The notes below the pieces were generated by a model. It saw only the letters and a program-made list of their open reading frames with translations. It searched no databases and was not told the DNA's origin. A program made the position numbers and the translations under genes. DNA of 64,000 bases from Octopus sinensis (lineage: Eukaryota), in contig NC_043014.1 of the NCBI RefSeq assembly GCF_006345805.1, positions 26,846,001 to 26,910,000 of the forward strand, read 5' to 3'. This document shows, piece by piece, positions 39,256-52,743 of this stretch. The number at the start of each line of letters is the position of its first letter. Within the stretch, counting starts at the first letter, position 1.

Positions 39256-40463
39256 CTAAAATTAAGGAAAAGAAAAATTTATGCATCATCATCATTTAAC
39301 ATTTTCCATGCTGGCATGAGTTCAACAATTTGACTGGAACTGGTATGCTGGAGAGCTACACCAGGCTCCACTCTGTTTTGGTTTGGTTTCTACAGCTAGA
39401 TACCCTTCCTAACACCAACCACTCAAAGGTGTAGTGGGTGCCTTTTGTGTGTCACTGGTATAGGTGCCTTTTACATGTCACTAGTCATGACCACGATTTC
39501 ATTTAGCTTGACATGCTTTCTCAAGCACAGCAAATCACCAGAAGTCTTGGTCATGTTAGAAACAGGTGAGAGGCATCATTCATGCAAGCATAGAAAAGTG
39601 AATGTTAAAGTGATGATGATGATGATAATAGTCATTTGTTGTTCATATAATCATGTCAAGGCTGTTGTTTAATAGAGACTATTACCTCATTTGGAAGCAG
39701 GTGGGGTTTGTTGGCATGAAAGTTATCTACCTGTGCTGCATGTGTATGTTTATAAGGTATTATTTAACTCTTTTGATCATAACCCCCCTGAGAACTGCTT
39801 CTAATCTATGATACAAGTTTCCTGTTTTAAAACAATCTTTGGTAAAATCTTCCATCAAAATTTCTTTAGAACAGCTAAATAACAAATTTATTTTACTCAG
39901 TTCTTCATTATTTAGTTTCAATTAATTGAAACCAAAACTGTGTATTTCAACCAAAATGATAACAAAATGGCTAATGTTTTTAATATGTTGGTTTGCTTAA
40001 ACCATTCAGTTATAGGGCATCAAGTCACACAATGACTCCACCTTGACTAATTCTTTATATATCCTACCAGTTAGCTAAGTTAGCACTTTGACTCTAGTGT
40101 TTAAGCGCAAAATGTGATATAACCTTTTACAGGTTTCAGCCACTGAACTGCAACTATTTTAGAAGCACTATCTGCAAGGCTTTAGACGAGTGTTTATTTT
40201 ATACATTTCTATTTGACAAACTGCTTGATAGTGAGACATAAAGAGGTGCAGCATAAACAACACTAATTTTCAAACAATTTGGAACTTAAGTATAGATATG
40301 GACAGCACTCACACACACACTATATATATATATATATATATATAGATATATAAACCTCAGGCTTTCTGTGTACCAAATTCCACTCCTAAGTATAGTTGAA
40401 GATACTATCCTAAGGTTCTTAATGTGGTTGCAAAGTAAACGCTGTAACCATTTATAAACTATT

Positions 40464-40495
<32 letters not shown>

Positions 40496-42590
40496 CACAC
40501 ATATATATATTTATATAGATAAATAAAAATAACACTCATGCACAGTTCACTCCTACTAGCTATTTCATGAAGCACAAGATATATGGTTCTATCATTCAGC
40601 ATGCAAACTCTAATTTTGAGGTTCGTGAAACCCAGGGTACCAATGAACTGTGAATTCCAGCTGACCAAATATCCCTTGTATTAAATACTCTTTCTGCTAT
40701 TGTGTATTACTAATTTATAGAATGTGTGTGTATATACATATATATGTGACAGACATAGTATATACAGTTTATATATTCACATGCAAAAGTATCTGTAATT
40801 TCATACAGATATACAAATATATGCTTGTGTATGTGTACATAAGCTACTTTGATTTTGGTTTCTCTTCCTTTTATTTCATTTTCAAAATATAATTAAGTAT
40901 TGACTGTCTAGAGCTGTGGTGCCAAGCCTATGATGTGTGCACTGCAAAATTTTAACTGACATTCAATGGACTTTGGAAAGTAAATCTCCCTGCAGTTTAA
41001 AGTTAGGAAAAGCTTGTTCGGAAGCATTTACCTAAAGCTAAAATACATTTGAGTGATGCTCTAGTGAAGGAATTATTAAAGAAATAAAAACTTTGATCCT
41101 CTTATCAAAAAAGATTTATCATTTATGTAGAGGGTACATAATTGTATTTATTAATATTTCCATTTTTAAAACTGGGAATATGAGAAACAACCTCAAACAT
41201 ATGTTAAGCATTGGAATAACAGAGTGAAAATTGGAAGGATGAGAGTGTCAGAATATACTAGCTGAGAAGAATGGTTTGTGAAGGGTGGAATGGATCAAGA
41301 GAATGGAAAGAATGAGTATAAAAGAACAGCTAGAATGTGATTTCATTACTAATACTCATTTTGATGTAATATATCTTCATTTGAAATATTAAAGGCCAGA
41401 TTCTGATTTAGGCTGTGCATCTTGTGACTGCTGTACACAACTGTCTTTCATATGATTAACAATAGATTTAATTCACTACTAAAGACTTCAAACCTTACTG
41501 GGGTCAACTATGTTCTCTTCACATTCTGCTTTTTCTCTTTCCTTCTAACATTTTATGTGATGAGCAGTGGAGGCTCATCATCATTATCATTTAACGTCCA
41601 TCTTCCATGCATGCATGTGTAGGACGGTTGATAGGAGCCAACCAGGTAGAAAATCTACCCAAGGCTATTGTGTCTGTTTTGGCTTGGCATGGATTTCATG
41701 GCTGGATGCCCTTCCTAACACCAACCATTCTGCAGAGTGGACTCAGTGCTTTTTACATAGTTTTGGCAAGATTTTTACTGTTGGATGCCCTTCCAAATAC
41801 CAACCACATTACAGTGTGAATTGGATGCTTTTAATGTGGCACCAGCATTGATAATGAAATATTAGCAGTGTTCCCTATTCAGACTTCAACCCATTCACTT
41901 GCATGGCTTTGGGTTTGATTCCATAGCATGGCACCACGGTTAAATGCCTTGTGATTAAAATTTGTAAATGGAAATTGTATGGGAGCCCATCATTTTTGTG
42001 TGTGTATACATATCTGGTTAAATTTGGAATCCAAGGAAACTGGAGTTCGTTGATAAAAGTTGCGAGGGAAAATCGTAGTCACTTAATCTGTGAACCCTGT
42101 TGAGTACAGTTGACCTTTAGATCTGAAGAAATTATCCAGTTTACCACCACAGAGATATGTACATGAGAGGAAGAGAAATTAATTCATTTGAAGGGTTTTC
42201 AAGCCACCATAGCATAGTAGTGGAACCTGCAGTACAATATTTGATATTGGTATTATAATTCTATTTAAGTAGAGATTTACAAAAGTTGATTGACCTGCTA
42301 GAAATAGCTGCAAAATCTCTCTCAGACCATCTTAAAATATGTGATAATGTAGTCCTGGAGACTACACTGTCTTTGAAAAAAATAAGCATGATGGTTACAG
42401 TTAAAAAGTTCTTTTTTACTTTCTTTTATTTCTACCATAGGATATTATTGGTATACATTTATTATTGATTTCCTACCTACCTACCTTTTTTTTTGTTTCA
42501 CTTGATGAGATTATGAGCCTGGTAAGATCTCAGCAAGGTTTGGACTTAAAAGTATGAGACAGCAAAACTAGATCACATAAAGAATAATAC

Positions 42591-42656
42591 AGTTAACATG
42601 ACAATCAACCATCTGTGCCACTACAACAATATCATTATTGACTTTCACACTATGAC
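42591..42656 (-). CDS. Candidate TBC-like gene exon (66 nt)
   Basis: ttttcttttcttttag|gt-HSVKVNNDIVVVAQMVDCHVN-t|gtatta follows an 81-nt intron; phase 1 to phase 1. Confidence 0.45.
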
Positions 42657-42737
42657 CTAAAAGAAAAGAAAATGAAACATTGATTTCCGGACTATGATCT
42701 TTATATGATGCTCTCAACATGTTATTTAACCAATTAC

Positions 42738-42779
42738 TTCTGCTTAATATCACAGTAATAAAGAATGCCATGAGGTCAT
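42738..42779 (-). CDS. Candidate TBC-like gene exon (42 nt)
   Basis: Pyrimidine tract plus ccacag|at-DLMAFFITVILSR-a|gtaatt, resembling FHLLLCCAILES. Confidence 0.45.
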
Positions 42780-42879
42780 CTGTGGTAACAGGAAAAAAAA
42801 TAAATAAAGCAGGAAAAGCATTAAATTTTGTTTTGTTTTTTTTTTCTATTCTGGCAGAACCTATGATCATTGCAGGCCG

Positions 42880-43450
42880 TTCAAGGCTAATGTGATTGAT
42901 GCTATTAATGTTCCCCTTTAAACCACTGCAGGTTTAATGGCTGCAGGAAGGAGTTCCAGAGGGCCTGCATTCTTCAAAGGAAGGATTGGGTGTAGTAGTT
43001 AGTGTGAAACCTGGATGAGTTGGACACAATGAAGGTTGGGGAGCGGGGCAGCATGAGACCACCCAGCGCAGAGGAGTAGAGGCCATTACAGCTGTGGAAG
43101 GAAAAAGCTGAGTGTAGACAGCATGTCTGTGGGCCAGAGGCTAGAAATGTCCATAACTTTATGCCAATCAGCTGAGGTTGTTTTTTTTTACACTTATTTG
43201 CACAGTTCTTCCTTACTAAACCTGGGTAATTAGAGATCTAGATGATGTGGCAGAGTTACATGAGGTTGGAATCATCATCCACATCTGTGTCATTATTGTA
43301 ATTAGTTGTTGAGATGGTGGTAGAGGAGTGTGGGGAAAGTCTGGCTTAAATCACTGTCGTTTATTTCTGATATAAGGAGGTAGAAGACCTAACAATGACG
43401 ACTCCAGAAAGGCCAGCACTGGTTCTACTTGTTGCAGTGCAGGTGAGGAT
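42880..43450 (-). mobile_element. Old CR1/L2/Jockey-group LINE 3' remnant
   Basis: Minus-strand RFHTNYYTQSFL*RMQALWNSF...NLQWFKGNINSI resembles the SFFPRTxxLWNSLP...LQxFKxxVN end of these LINEs. Confidence 0.55.
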
Positions 43451-43690
43451 GCAAGTGTAAAGAGAATCAGAAACCTGAAGAAAGTAATTGTCATTGACTG
43501 CTTTCTAGATACTTGTCATCCCCTCTAAATTTGTAGAGTGCCTTGCTATACAGCCTAAAACATGAATTCTTTTATCAAAATATTTGCTTTATATACGAAA
43601 TCAGTCAACAGCTCATTGGGACATTAGTTTTATTTTTTTAGGTTGAACTAAGCTCTGCACATTCATCATCATTTAATTCTTATCTCTTGC

Positions 43691-43786
43691 CGTGATGTCA
43701 TTTTGGTCTAGCTCTTGAAAAGCATCCCAAATAATGTCCTTGTTCTGCTCAAAACTTGAATCATTATCCTTTTCAAACAATGAAGT
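43691..43786 (-). CDS. Candidate TBC-like gene exon (96 nt, GC donor)
   Basis: ctccag|TSLFEKDNDSSFEQNKDIIWDAFQELDQNDIT|gcaaga follows a 68-nt intron and resembles RFKREFSFLDILRLWEVM. It ends in phase 0 while the next candidate exon needs phase 1. Confidence 0.42.
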
Positions 43787-43854
43787 CTGGAGTTGTCAAG
43801 CAATAACTTGCGCAACCCATTCAAAAGACAAGCTTCATTTATTGTTTGCTAAAC

Positions 43855-43952
43855 CTTGCCAATGAAGCAAAGAGTGCATTCATAAGATTTGTGAAAACTG
43901 GCATTGAGCTTCATGAAAAGGTTGAGAACTTCTAATATAGAGGCTTCTTCAT
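43855..43952 (-). CDS. Candidate TBC-like gene exon (98 nt)
   Basis: attacaag|at-EEASILEVLNLFMKLNASFHKSYECTLCFIGK|gtttag. Only one frame is open, and it resembles TBC1D15 LIQLSTLLRLLDSGFCSYLES...FCF. Confidence 0.5.
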
Positions 43953-44816
43953 CTTGTAATGGTAATGAATGCAATGGCAATAGAAATAAAAATTGGGTTG
44001 GTTTCAAAGTTTGGTACAACATCAACAATTTGGGGGGGGGGGGATAAGTCAATACACTGACCCCAGTGCTTGACTGGTAGTTATTTTATCAACCTTGAAA
44101 GGATGAAAGGCAGAGTTGACCTCTGCAAATTTGGAACTCCGAACATAAAGACAAACAAAATACTACTAATGATTCTGCCAACTGGCCACCTCAGACAATA
44201 ATAATAATGGTTTCTAATTTTGGCGCAAAACCAGTAAGTTTTGGAGGAGCAGGTATGTTGATTGGATTGACCCCAGTGCTCAACTGGTGCTTATTTTATC
44301 AATCCCAAAAGAATGAGACAAAATCAACCTCACTAGAATTTGAACTTTAAACATAAAGGTGGACGAAATGCCGCTTATTATTTTGCCCAGTGTGCTAACA
44401 ATTCAGTCAGCCCACTACATTAATGATAAGTAGTGTTGTTTGGAGGATATAATGGTCATAATAACTAGTGGTGGTAATGATTTTTTGTAGGTTAGTATTA
44501 TTAGTTAATTTCTTATCCTCCCCAGTAACAGCTGGTGTTACTTAAGATGTGGGTAGTGTGAGCACTGATGGTATGTCAGGTTTACTACACACCCATTCAA
44601 ATACATTGGTTCACTACCAGCTCCACCCAATTCTGTAATCTTCATATCACCACCACTATATTCTTTCACTGCTACCACTCAGGAAATGACCTCAATCATC
44701 TTTACCACTACCATGACCTTCACACCAACTATCACCTTTCCATCTCACAACCACTGCCACCACATAGCATCACTATCACCATACCAACTTCTATTACAAC
44801 CACCACTGCATTTTAA

Positions 44817-45036
44817 CCCTTTAGTGTTTAAACCGGCCATATCCGGCCCAAATATTCTACATGTTTTATATTCAAACTGGTGATATCTAACCGCTCACAC
44901 CTAACCTACATTGACATTCTAAAAATAAACAATCACATCATTGAAACCACAAAGCTATCAGATAATGCTTGATTAATTCAAAACAATTTGAGTGAAAAAG
45001 CATTACATTTAACAGAGTAATCTGAATACTAAAGGG
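44817..45036. mobile_element. piggyBac-like MITE (related copies at about 570-728, 12474-12699 and 53507-53729)
   Basis: TTAA|CCCTTTAG...CTAAAGGG|TTAA, an 8-bp TIR with TTAA duplication. Confidence 0.85.
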
Positions 45037-45899
45037 TTAAAGGACCACAATGAACACTACTGCTACCCGTTTAATTAAAATCCTGTACAATGATGATCAC
45101 TTCTGAATCCAGTCTCTTAGCCCCAACTTTGCCATTTAGTCAGCTATTCCATGGGACTCATCAACACAATTGTTTATGATGGAGGAACAGCGAGTTGGGG
45201 AATTGAAATTGGTCACATTTTCATTTTTAATTAATCATTTCATCATCCTAACTTCAGCTGTAACAGTACCAATGGAGTTTCTGTTTGGTTGCATGACATG
45301 CTTGAAATAGCAGCTAAATCTTCCATGGATCACACCCTATTATCTTAAAAAGTGAAAAACACATGGGTTGGACAGTTTGGAGAGCTGCAGCAGGCTCCAA
45401 TAGTCTGTTTTGGCATGGTTTCTATGGCTGGATGCCCTTCACAATGCCAACCACTTGTACTGGGTGCTTTTTACATGACACCAGCATGGGCACCTTTTAC
45501 ATGACACCAGCACAGGTGCCTTTACATGGCATCAGCACCTGCGAGCTCACAAGACCAGGACCTCTCAGTTGAGAGAGAGAGAGAGATGGAAACCTAGATT
45601 TAGATAGAGTATGATGAAGGGACAGAGTTAGCCCTCTTATTATCAAGGAGATACTTAGCTATCTTAGTAGGACATGGAAGGTGGGATAGTTAGAGAGACA
45701 GAGTGAAAGAAAGAACCTGCAGATAGGGAACAGTTTGGGTAGCATAAGTAGTACAGAGGAGATAAAGGGGGATTATAAGAGTGTGATGGGTGATGTTTAA
45801 AGATCACAAGGGATGATGAGAATTGGGGTGGATATGGAAAGTGGAAGGGCTTATAGTGTGTGGGGGAGTTTGATAGAGGACAGAATTATGAGTGTGATG

Positions 45900-47147
45900 A
45901 TGAGGGGCATGACTTGTCTTCTCAAGCACAGCAAATCAGAAGTCCCTTATCATCTCAGTGAGGCTCAACATCTGAAGATTCTTTCTCGCCACCTCATCCT
46001 ACATCTTCCATAAGTTCCCTCTAAAATTAAAGATTAACACTTCTTTATGCAGCTGTTTTCCCCCGTATGCATCACATGACCATACCAGCAGTCTTCTCTC
46101 TTGCAGACTACATCTGATGCCTCTTATACCCAGTTTTCCTCTTAAATCATTTACACTCTGTCATGCATGCACGCTGACATTACCCATCCAGCAGAGTACG
46201 ATGGCTTCACTTCTTTAAAGCTTTCATATGTCCTCTGTAGTCACAGCCCATGTAGCATAGGTGTATATGCACAGGCATTATACAATCTGCCTCTCACTCT
46301 GAGGGAGAATGTCTGTTTCTCTCTTTACTAGGACTTTGGTCTTTGCTAAATTGACTTTTGATTCCAGATCTTGCTTCCACACCCGAAATTTTAGGACTCA
46401 ATACAAATGTAAAGTATTCTTGACTACATTATAACTGAAAGGTTCCAATTTCCAGTACTCAGTTCCACAAGTTTACAGGTTGATAATCGGAAACCAGTAA
46501 CTCTAGTACTAGAAACTGGAGTTTTTCAGTTATGATGTATTAAAGAATACTATAGGCAAAGGTGATGCTTTAGACAGAAATAATTGCTGGACCAGGTTGA
46601 TGAAAGTCATAGCTTAATGAATTAGGAAGAGAGTTAGTGCAGATGACATGCAGTCTGGATTTGTGTCAGGCAGGAGCACAACTGATGCTATATTCCTTGT
46701 TAAGCAACTGCAGGAGAAATATTTAGCCAAAAATAAGCCTCTGTACCTGACATTAGTCAACATGGAGAAAACTTTTGACAGGGTCTCCAGCTCCCTTATC
46801 TGGTGGTCAATGTGGCAGCTAGGGGCAGATGAGTAGTTAGTGAGAGCAGTGCAAGCTATGTACAGGGATACTGGCAGTTAGGTGAAGGTTGATAACAAGT
46901 ATAGCAATGAATTCAGTGTACATGTAGGAGTTCACCAAGGCTCAATTCTCAGACTCCTTTTGCTTATCTTAGTCCTCTAGGCCTTAACAGAGGAATTCAA
47001 GATCAGCTGTCCCTGGGAGTTCCTATAGCTGAATCACCACTTGACATAGAGAAGAAATTTCAGGTGCAGAAACAAGGCCTGGAATCTAAAGGCTTTAGAG
47101 CTAATTTAGCAAAAACCAAAGTCCTAACAAGTAGGAAAACAGACTCA
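45900..47147. mobile_element. RTE-clade LINE remnant in two opposed pieces (3' part on minus at about 45900-46400, RT core on plus at about 46540-47147)
   Basis: The plus strand reads MQSGFVSGRSTTDAIFLVKQLQEKYL...KQGLESKGFRANLAKTKVL; the minus strand carries the decayed C-terminal part. Confidence 0.8.
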
Positions 47148-48515
47148 CAAGTCGCAAACTTATACACGAACATACCACACACACTGGGACTGGAAGTGAT
47201 AAAACATTGGGTAGAAAAATACAGGGAACTCATAAATAAATGTTTCAAAACAGGCTTTATCACCAAAGCCACCTAATTAATACTTGAATCATTTAACAAC
47301 AAGACATACCGACAGATAAAGGGCACGGCTATGGCTACGAAATTCACACCTTCATATGCCAACCTGGTGATGGGTTTGCTTGAGAACAAACTATACAATG
47401 AAATAGGGAAAATCTTCGAACATGACTTCAGAGAAGACATCAAGAAAAAGTGGAAACACTACCTTCGATGACTGTTTCATCTTTTGGAACAGATCAGAAG
47501 ATCTATGAACACTCCACAACATCCTCAACACACTGCACCCATTAATCAAGTTCTCGATAGATACCAGCTACAATGAACTTCCCTTCTTTGACATCAACAT
47601 CAAGATACACAATTCCATCATCACAACAGACATCTACTGCAAAAAAACTGACACACACCAATACTTTAATTTCTACTTCTGCCACCCATCCCACATAAAA
47701 AGAAACATTCCATATAGTATGGCAAGACGCATATGCAGCATAATAACCGACTCACAAACATGCCAAATAAGACTAAAGGAACTTAAAAACTTCCTACTAC
47801 AACAGAAATACCCACTCAAATTAATAAAAAATGGGATTTCAAGAGCAATGAAACAGTGGACATCACACAACTCAGAACTCAAAAAAAAAGAAACAAAGAA
47901 AACATCATCCCTTTCATAAACACACACAACACTGGAGTTACCAACATGTTTCAAATAATATATTCTAACTTACCAATAGTCCTACAATGCCTCAAAATGG
48001 GAAACCTATTAAACAAATATTGCATAAAAAACAGCAAACGCCAAGAGAAAAACCTGAAGAAACAACTAACAAGGGCAAAATTCTCATCAGAGAATAAAAC
48101 CGAATTCTTTGTAAAAGAGTGCGGAGATGGAAGATGTGGGATCTGCAGTAACTCCATCAACAAATATACAGAGGGAAATAAATAAATAAAATTTATGAGT
48201 GGTCACACATTCAAAGTAAATGCAGACATGAATTGCAAGACGCAGAACGTAATATACTGCATAACCTGCCCCACATGCAAGGAGAATTATATAGGCGAAA
48301 CTGGAAATTCTTTATGTCAACAAGCCAGAATTCACCGACAACATGTATGACTGGAGGAACTGTGAAAGATTCCACTGAGTAAACACTTAGAAATATGTGG
48401 AGAAGGAAAATTTAAGATCTTTCCCTTCTATAAATGCCCAAGGAATGACACCTTCTTCAGGAAAAATATCGAACAATACTTCATAACAAAGTTCTCCCCC
48501 AAACTGAATGGCTGA
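47148..48515 (+). mobile_element. Penelope-like element, RT plus GIY-YIG endonuclease, frameshifted
   Basis: LYTNIPH...YRQIKGTAMATKFTPSYANL...TDIYCKKTDTHQY...NIPYSMARRI...NVIYCITCPTCKENYIGET...FSPKLN. Confidence 0.93.
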
Positions 48516-48889
48516 AAATATGAAAAGTACAGCAACTTCCCTATAAACCTATCTGGAACTATTATTTTAGTCTGTATAATAATGTCCTCACAATGTACAA
48601 TAAATTGTATGCATATCTGTTTCATGGAACTCCTTCACAGGACACTTTCCCTTGTACATTATAACCCATCCTAATATCTTCATTTTTGAAAAGAATTGTT
48701 CCATATCTTCATTCCTCTTGAAATATAAATATGTGTGTGTGTATGTATGTATGTATGTATGTATATATATAGCTGTGAGTGGTGAAATATCACTACTTCT
48801 GTAATGATTTGTACTGGATGAAGGACCAATGATGTAAAGTAAACTCTTACATCCAGATTTTCCAACCTATACCAGCATGAGGAATCAAA

Positions 48890-49480
48890 CATTGGACAAG
48901 GATAATGATGATGATGATAAATCCAGACAATTTTTTGAAAAAGAATTTTTATTAACCAACTTGTCATTTTCTATTGAAAGAACTGAACAGCTGTATAGAT
49001 GTAAACACAATTTTTTCTTCTATCAAGACCCCCCTAGAGTAGCCACCTGGTTTTGCCAAGAATCAACTCATCACTTTCTATTGAAAGAACTGACCAGCTG
49101 TAAAGATGTAAACACATTTTTTCTTCTTTCCTTCTTCCTTCTCTTTTCCATTGACACCCCTGTCAGATACACAGGTACACACACACACACACACACAAAT
49201 ACATATACACTAATACACACACACTCTCTCTCACTGGACAATGATAATAAATCCAGACACTTTTTTGAAAAATAACTTTTATCAAGACCCCCCTCAGAGT
49301 AGCCGCCTGGTTTTACCATTTCTAAAGGCCAACAATCAACTCATCACTTTCTATTGAAAGAACTGACCAGCTCTGAAGATGTAAACAAATTTTTTCTTCT
49401 TTATCTCTTCCTTCTTTCTTTCCTTCTCTTTTCCATTGACACTTCTTTCAGATACACAAACACACACACACACACACTCT
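48890..49480 (+). repeat. Imperfect tandem duplication (about 340 and 250 bp units)
   Basis: The blocks ggacaa(g/t)gataat...aaatccagaca, tatcaagacccccc...gagtagcc and aatcaactcatcactttctattgaaagaactgaccagct each occur twice in the same order. Confidence 0.85.
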
Positions 49481-50481
49481 CTCTCTCACTTTCTCCCCAT
49501 TCCTTACCCTCTTTTACTGCCCTATATCTCTCCCCACCCCTACACACTCAATAATACTATAAAAAGAGAGGAATCATCCATAACACATTCAAATCTTCTT
49601 TCAGTTTCAGTCTACTAAATCCACTCCCAAGGCCTTGATTGGCCCAAGTCAATAGTAGATGTCACTTGCCCAAGGTACCTCACATTGGAACTGAACCCAG
49701 AACCGTATGGTTGGGGAGCAAGCTTCTTACCATGCAGCCACTTCATTCAGAACATAACTGGGATGTAATTAATACTACAGGTCCATCATACCCATGCGAT
49801 GTGTATTAAAAAACATCTTACTCTATTTTTATAATACTATAAATATTATATTATTAGGAGTAGTGCAAAACAAGTAAAATACTTTGCATATTGTAGTAGT
49901 ATAATCAACTTATTGCACTTAAATTTTAATAATAAAATAATATATGGACCCCCTTACCAAGGGCCATACAGTCCCCGGTTGAGAACTACTGAATTTAATA
50001 ATGACAGAGGTATTTTACTAAATTATTTGTTATTTTCAAAACTAATTGAAACAAACGCAATGCAGTTGAACAGAAATACTATAACAAAAGGATTAAGGGA
50101 TGAAAGACAGAGAAACCTGGCAGGAGCTGATCTAAAACTGGTTATGTGATGTAACTAAATAACACTGGTTCTTTTTGTCTAATGCTCTACTGAACTCATC
50201 ATTCAACACCATCATTCTGTCTGCCAATTCCACCACTGTCATTACCACCACCAACACCATTTTTCTGTTGCTCCATTGATTTGTACCATCCACCATGCAT
50301 CACCACCATTTTGTTTGTAGCTCAACTGATTCATTTAAGCAACAACAACAACAACTAAAAGATATTCCTTTCTTTCATTTGCTTTTTTTTTTGTACAAAG
50401 AATGTTTCTTACATAACCTGAGATATTTGATGGGGTAAAGAAATGGGAAACAGATGGAGTACTCTGGCAATATTCCAGGCG

Positions 50482-50537
<56 letters not shown>

Positions 50538-51264
50538 ATACACACACATAACCACTTGAGTACCTACACACTGAACATACATTGTACACAAAAAATATGA
50601 CCCAATGAGGAAGCCTCTATGTGGTCATTCAATTTTCTGGAAACAGTAGTCAAATATCACTCAAATCGCACCCAGCCTTCTTAGAAAAGGACATATAGTC
50701 ATGGGCTCTCTGCATATCAGAAAAGCTGAAAAGGTCATGGGTGGAATGCTTTTGGTTATAAGTCATCAATCAGGACTAGCTTAGGGCTAAACAATAGCAA
50801 CCCATGCACACTAACACAAAACGTACATGCACATGTGCACATATGCAAACACACACGTGCGTGCACTACCAGACAGAAGTATTTGAATGAAAGTCTCCAC
50901 CTAGCTGCTCAACATGCTAGAAATAGCAACTAAATTTCTCTCAAACTGAACTCTACTGTCTTACAATAAAATACTTTGGATCATGCAGTCCAGACTATAC
51001 TATTCCTGAGAAAAAACGGAAATCATATGGCTAGATACATTTGATCATAGATTTTGGTTAAGCTGGGGCCGACCTGGGGCTAAAGAACATTAGCAGTTCA
51101 AATAGTTGATAACACTTTCTTCACTTATAATCTGTGATTATGAGTGGAGGTTACTTATAACTGCAGATAATGTTATCAAACAAGTAATGTTATCAAATTT
51201 AATGTCCCAAAACATACAGAAAATACTCTTATATTTCATACTTAATGTTATCAGCTGGTTATCA

Positions 51265-52300
51265 TTTCATTTCATTTCATTTCATTTGGGTTTGAGTCCA
51301 TGCTCAGGCCAAGTCGAAGACTCCACCCTCAGAGTCTGGTGTGGTTGCCAGGTTGTATTCTTTGCTTAATTTTGACATGTGTAGGAGCGAGTTTGAGTCA
51401 GTTTGTGCTCGTTGTGTATATCCTGGGAGATGGGGTTCATCTCTAATGGTGCTTAAGTATCTATCCAGTTGCAATTTGAATGATTCCACACTGCATCCTG
51501 ATAGATTTCTGACATGTACCGGAATGGAGTTGAACAGTTGTGCTCCTCGAACCAACAGACTTGATTCTCGCAGGGTTTTGGCTGCCTGGCCAGCCTTTTT
51601 GTTGATTGGTGGCAGCTGGCAGCGTCTTCCGTGACGCAGTGAGTGGTAGGTTTTGATACCAAAGTTTGGCACCTTCTGCTCTATCATTTTCCAAATGTAT
51701 ATAATTCGGTATCGCTCAAATCTTCTTTCTATTGAGTACATCCTCAAGGTTTTGAGTCTTTGCCAATAGTCCAGGTCCCTCGTTTCTGAGAAGTATGAGG
51801 TAAAATTTCTTTGGAGCGATTCTATCTTAGATAGTTGGCCCTTTGTTGTTGGTGACCACAACTGAGAACAGTAGTCAATCCTCGGAAGTATCATACTGTT
51901 CCAGAGGGTTTTCATTGTTGAGGTATCTCTTGATTTGAAGGTGCGCAAGATCCACCCGCTGTACTTTCTTGCAGTAAGACAGACTGAGTCAAGGTGTTCT
52001 CTGAATTTTAGGTTGGTTCCCATGTGGACGCCTAAATCTTTCACATACTGTTTTTCCATTATTTGTTGTCCTGATGGGTTTCTGTAGTTTGTTGTATTTT
52101 TCAGATCTTGATCTGTTCCGTAGCGAATTAGTTCAAACTTCTTATCATTGAACAACATGTTGTTTATTTCCTGCCATTTATATATGGTGGTCAGGTCCTT
52201 TTGTAAGGCCTCTGTATCCACCTCGTCTTTGATTTGTCTCATGACCCTGGTGTCATCAGCAAAGGATGAGACGTTGCTGGTTGTATCTTCATCTATATCA
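51265..52300 (-). mobile_element. Young 5'-truncated CR1-group LINE with an uninterrupted RT C-terminal ORF
   Basis: The ORF at 51304-52323 reads SFADDT...KDLGV...LPRIDYCSQLWSP...LFNSIP...FKLQLDRYL, with a (TGAAA)n tail and a candidate TSD TTATCA at 51259-51264 and 52301-52306. Confidence 0.93.
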
Positions 52301-52743
52301 TTATCAACAATAGTGGGTCCCAAACAGGCACAGAATATGCTCTATCTTCTACTTAAAGTTATCACTTATATGTTATATGTATATGTGTGTGAGTGTGAAT
52401 GTTTTTTGTGTGCATATCATTATTATCATCATCATCAACTTTCATGTTTTACACACACACACACACAATCATTGATGCATCATGGGCAGATGGTTAAGAA
52501 GTTCCCTTTGTAGTCATGAGATCACAGCTCCATATTTGATGCCACTGAATGACTAGTCTCTCGTGTAAAATGTACCAGAAACATGTTAGAAGAACAGTTT
52601 CTGTTGTTTTCTTGGATGTAGACTTAAACAGTCACCTAGTTTAACCCCAACACTTAATCGTTGTATGTCTTTAGTGGAATATACAGTTGCAAGCATTCAG
52701 ACCAAGTTACCAGTCTAAGGACCACTTCTTTCTTTCCTCTAAC

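Noticed and set aside
42568-42870. 100-aa single-exon reading of this ORF as a standalone gene
   Set aside because: Its N-terminal part is a pyrimidine tract on the coding strand. It is better explained as two short exons plus an in-frame 81-nt intron, although intron retention ending at the 42568 TAG cannot be excluded.
48810-48850. ctggatgaaggacc...gtaaac as another hammerhead
   Set aside because: The core has an extra base, there is no GAAA and no complementary stem II strand in this copy, so it is too decayed to call.
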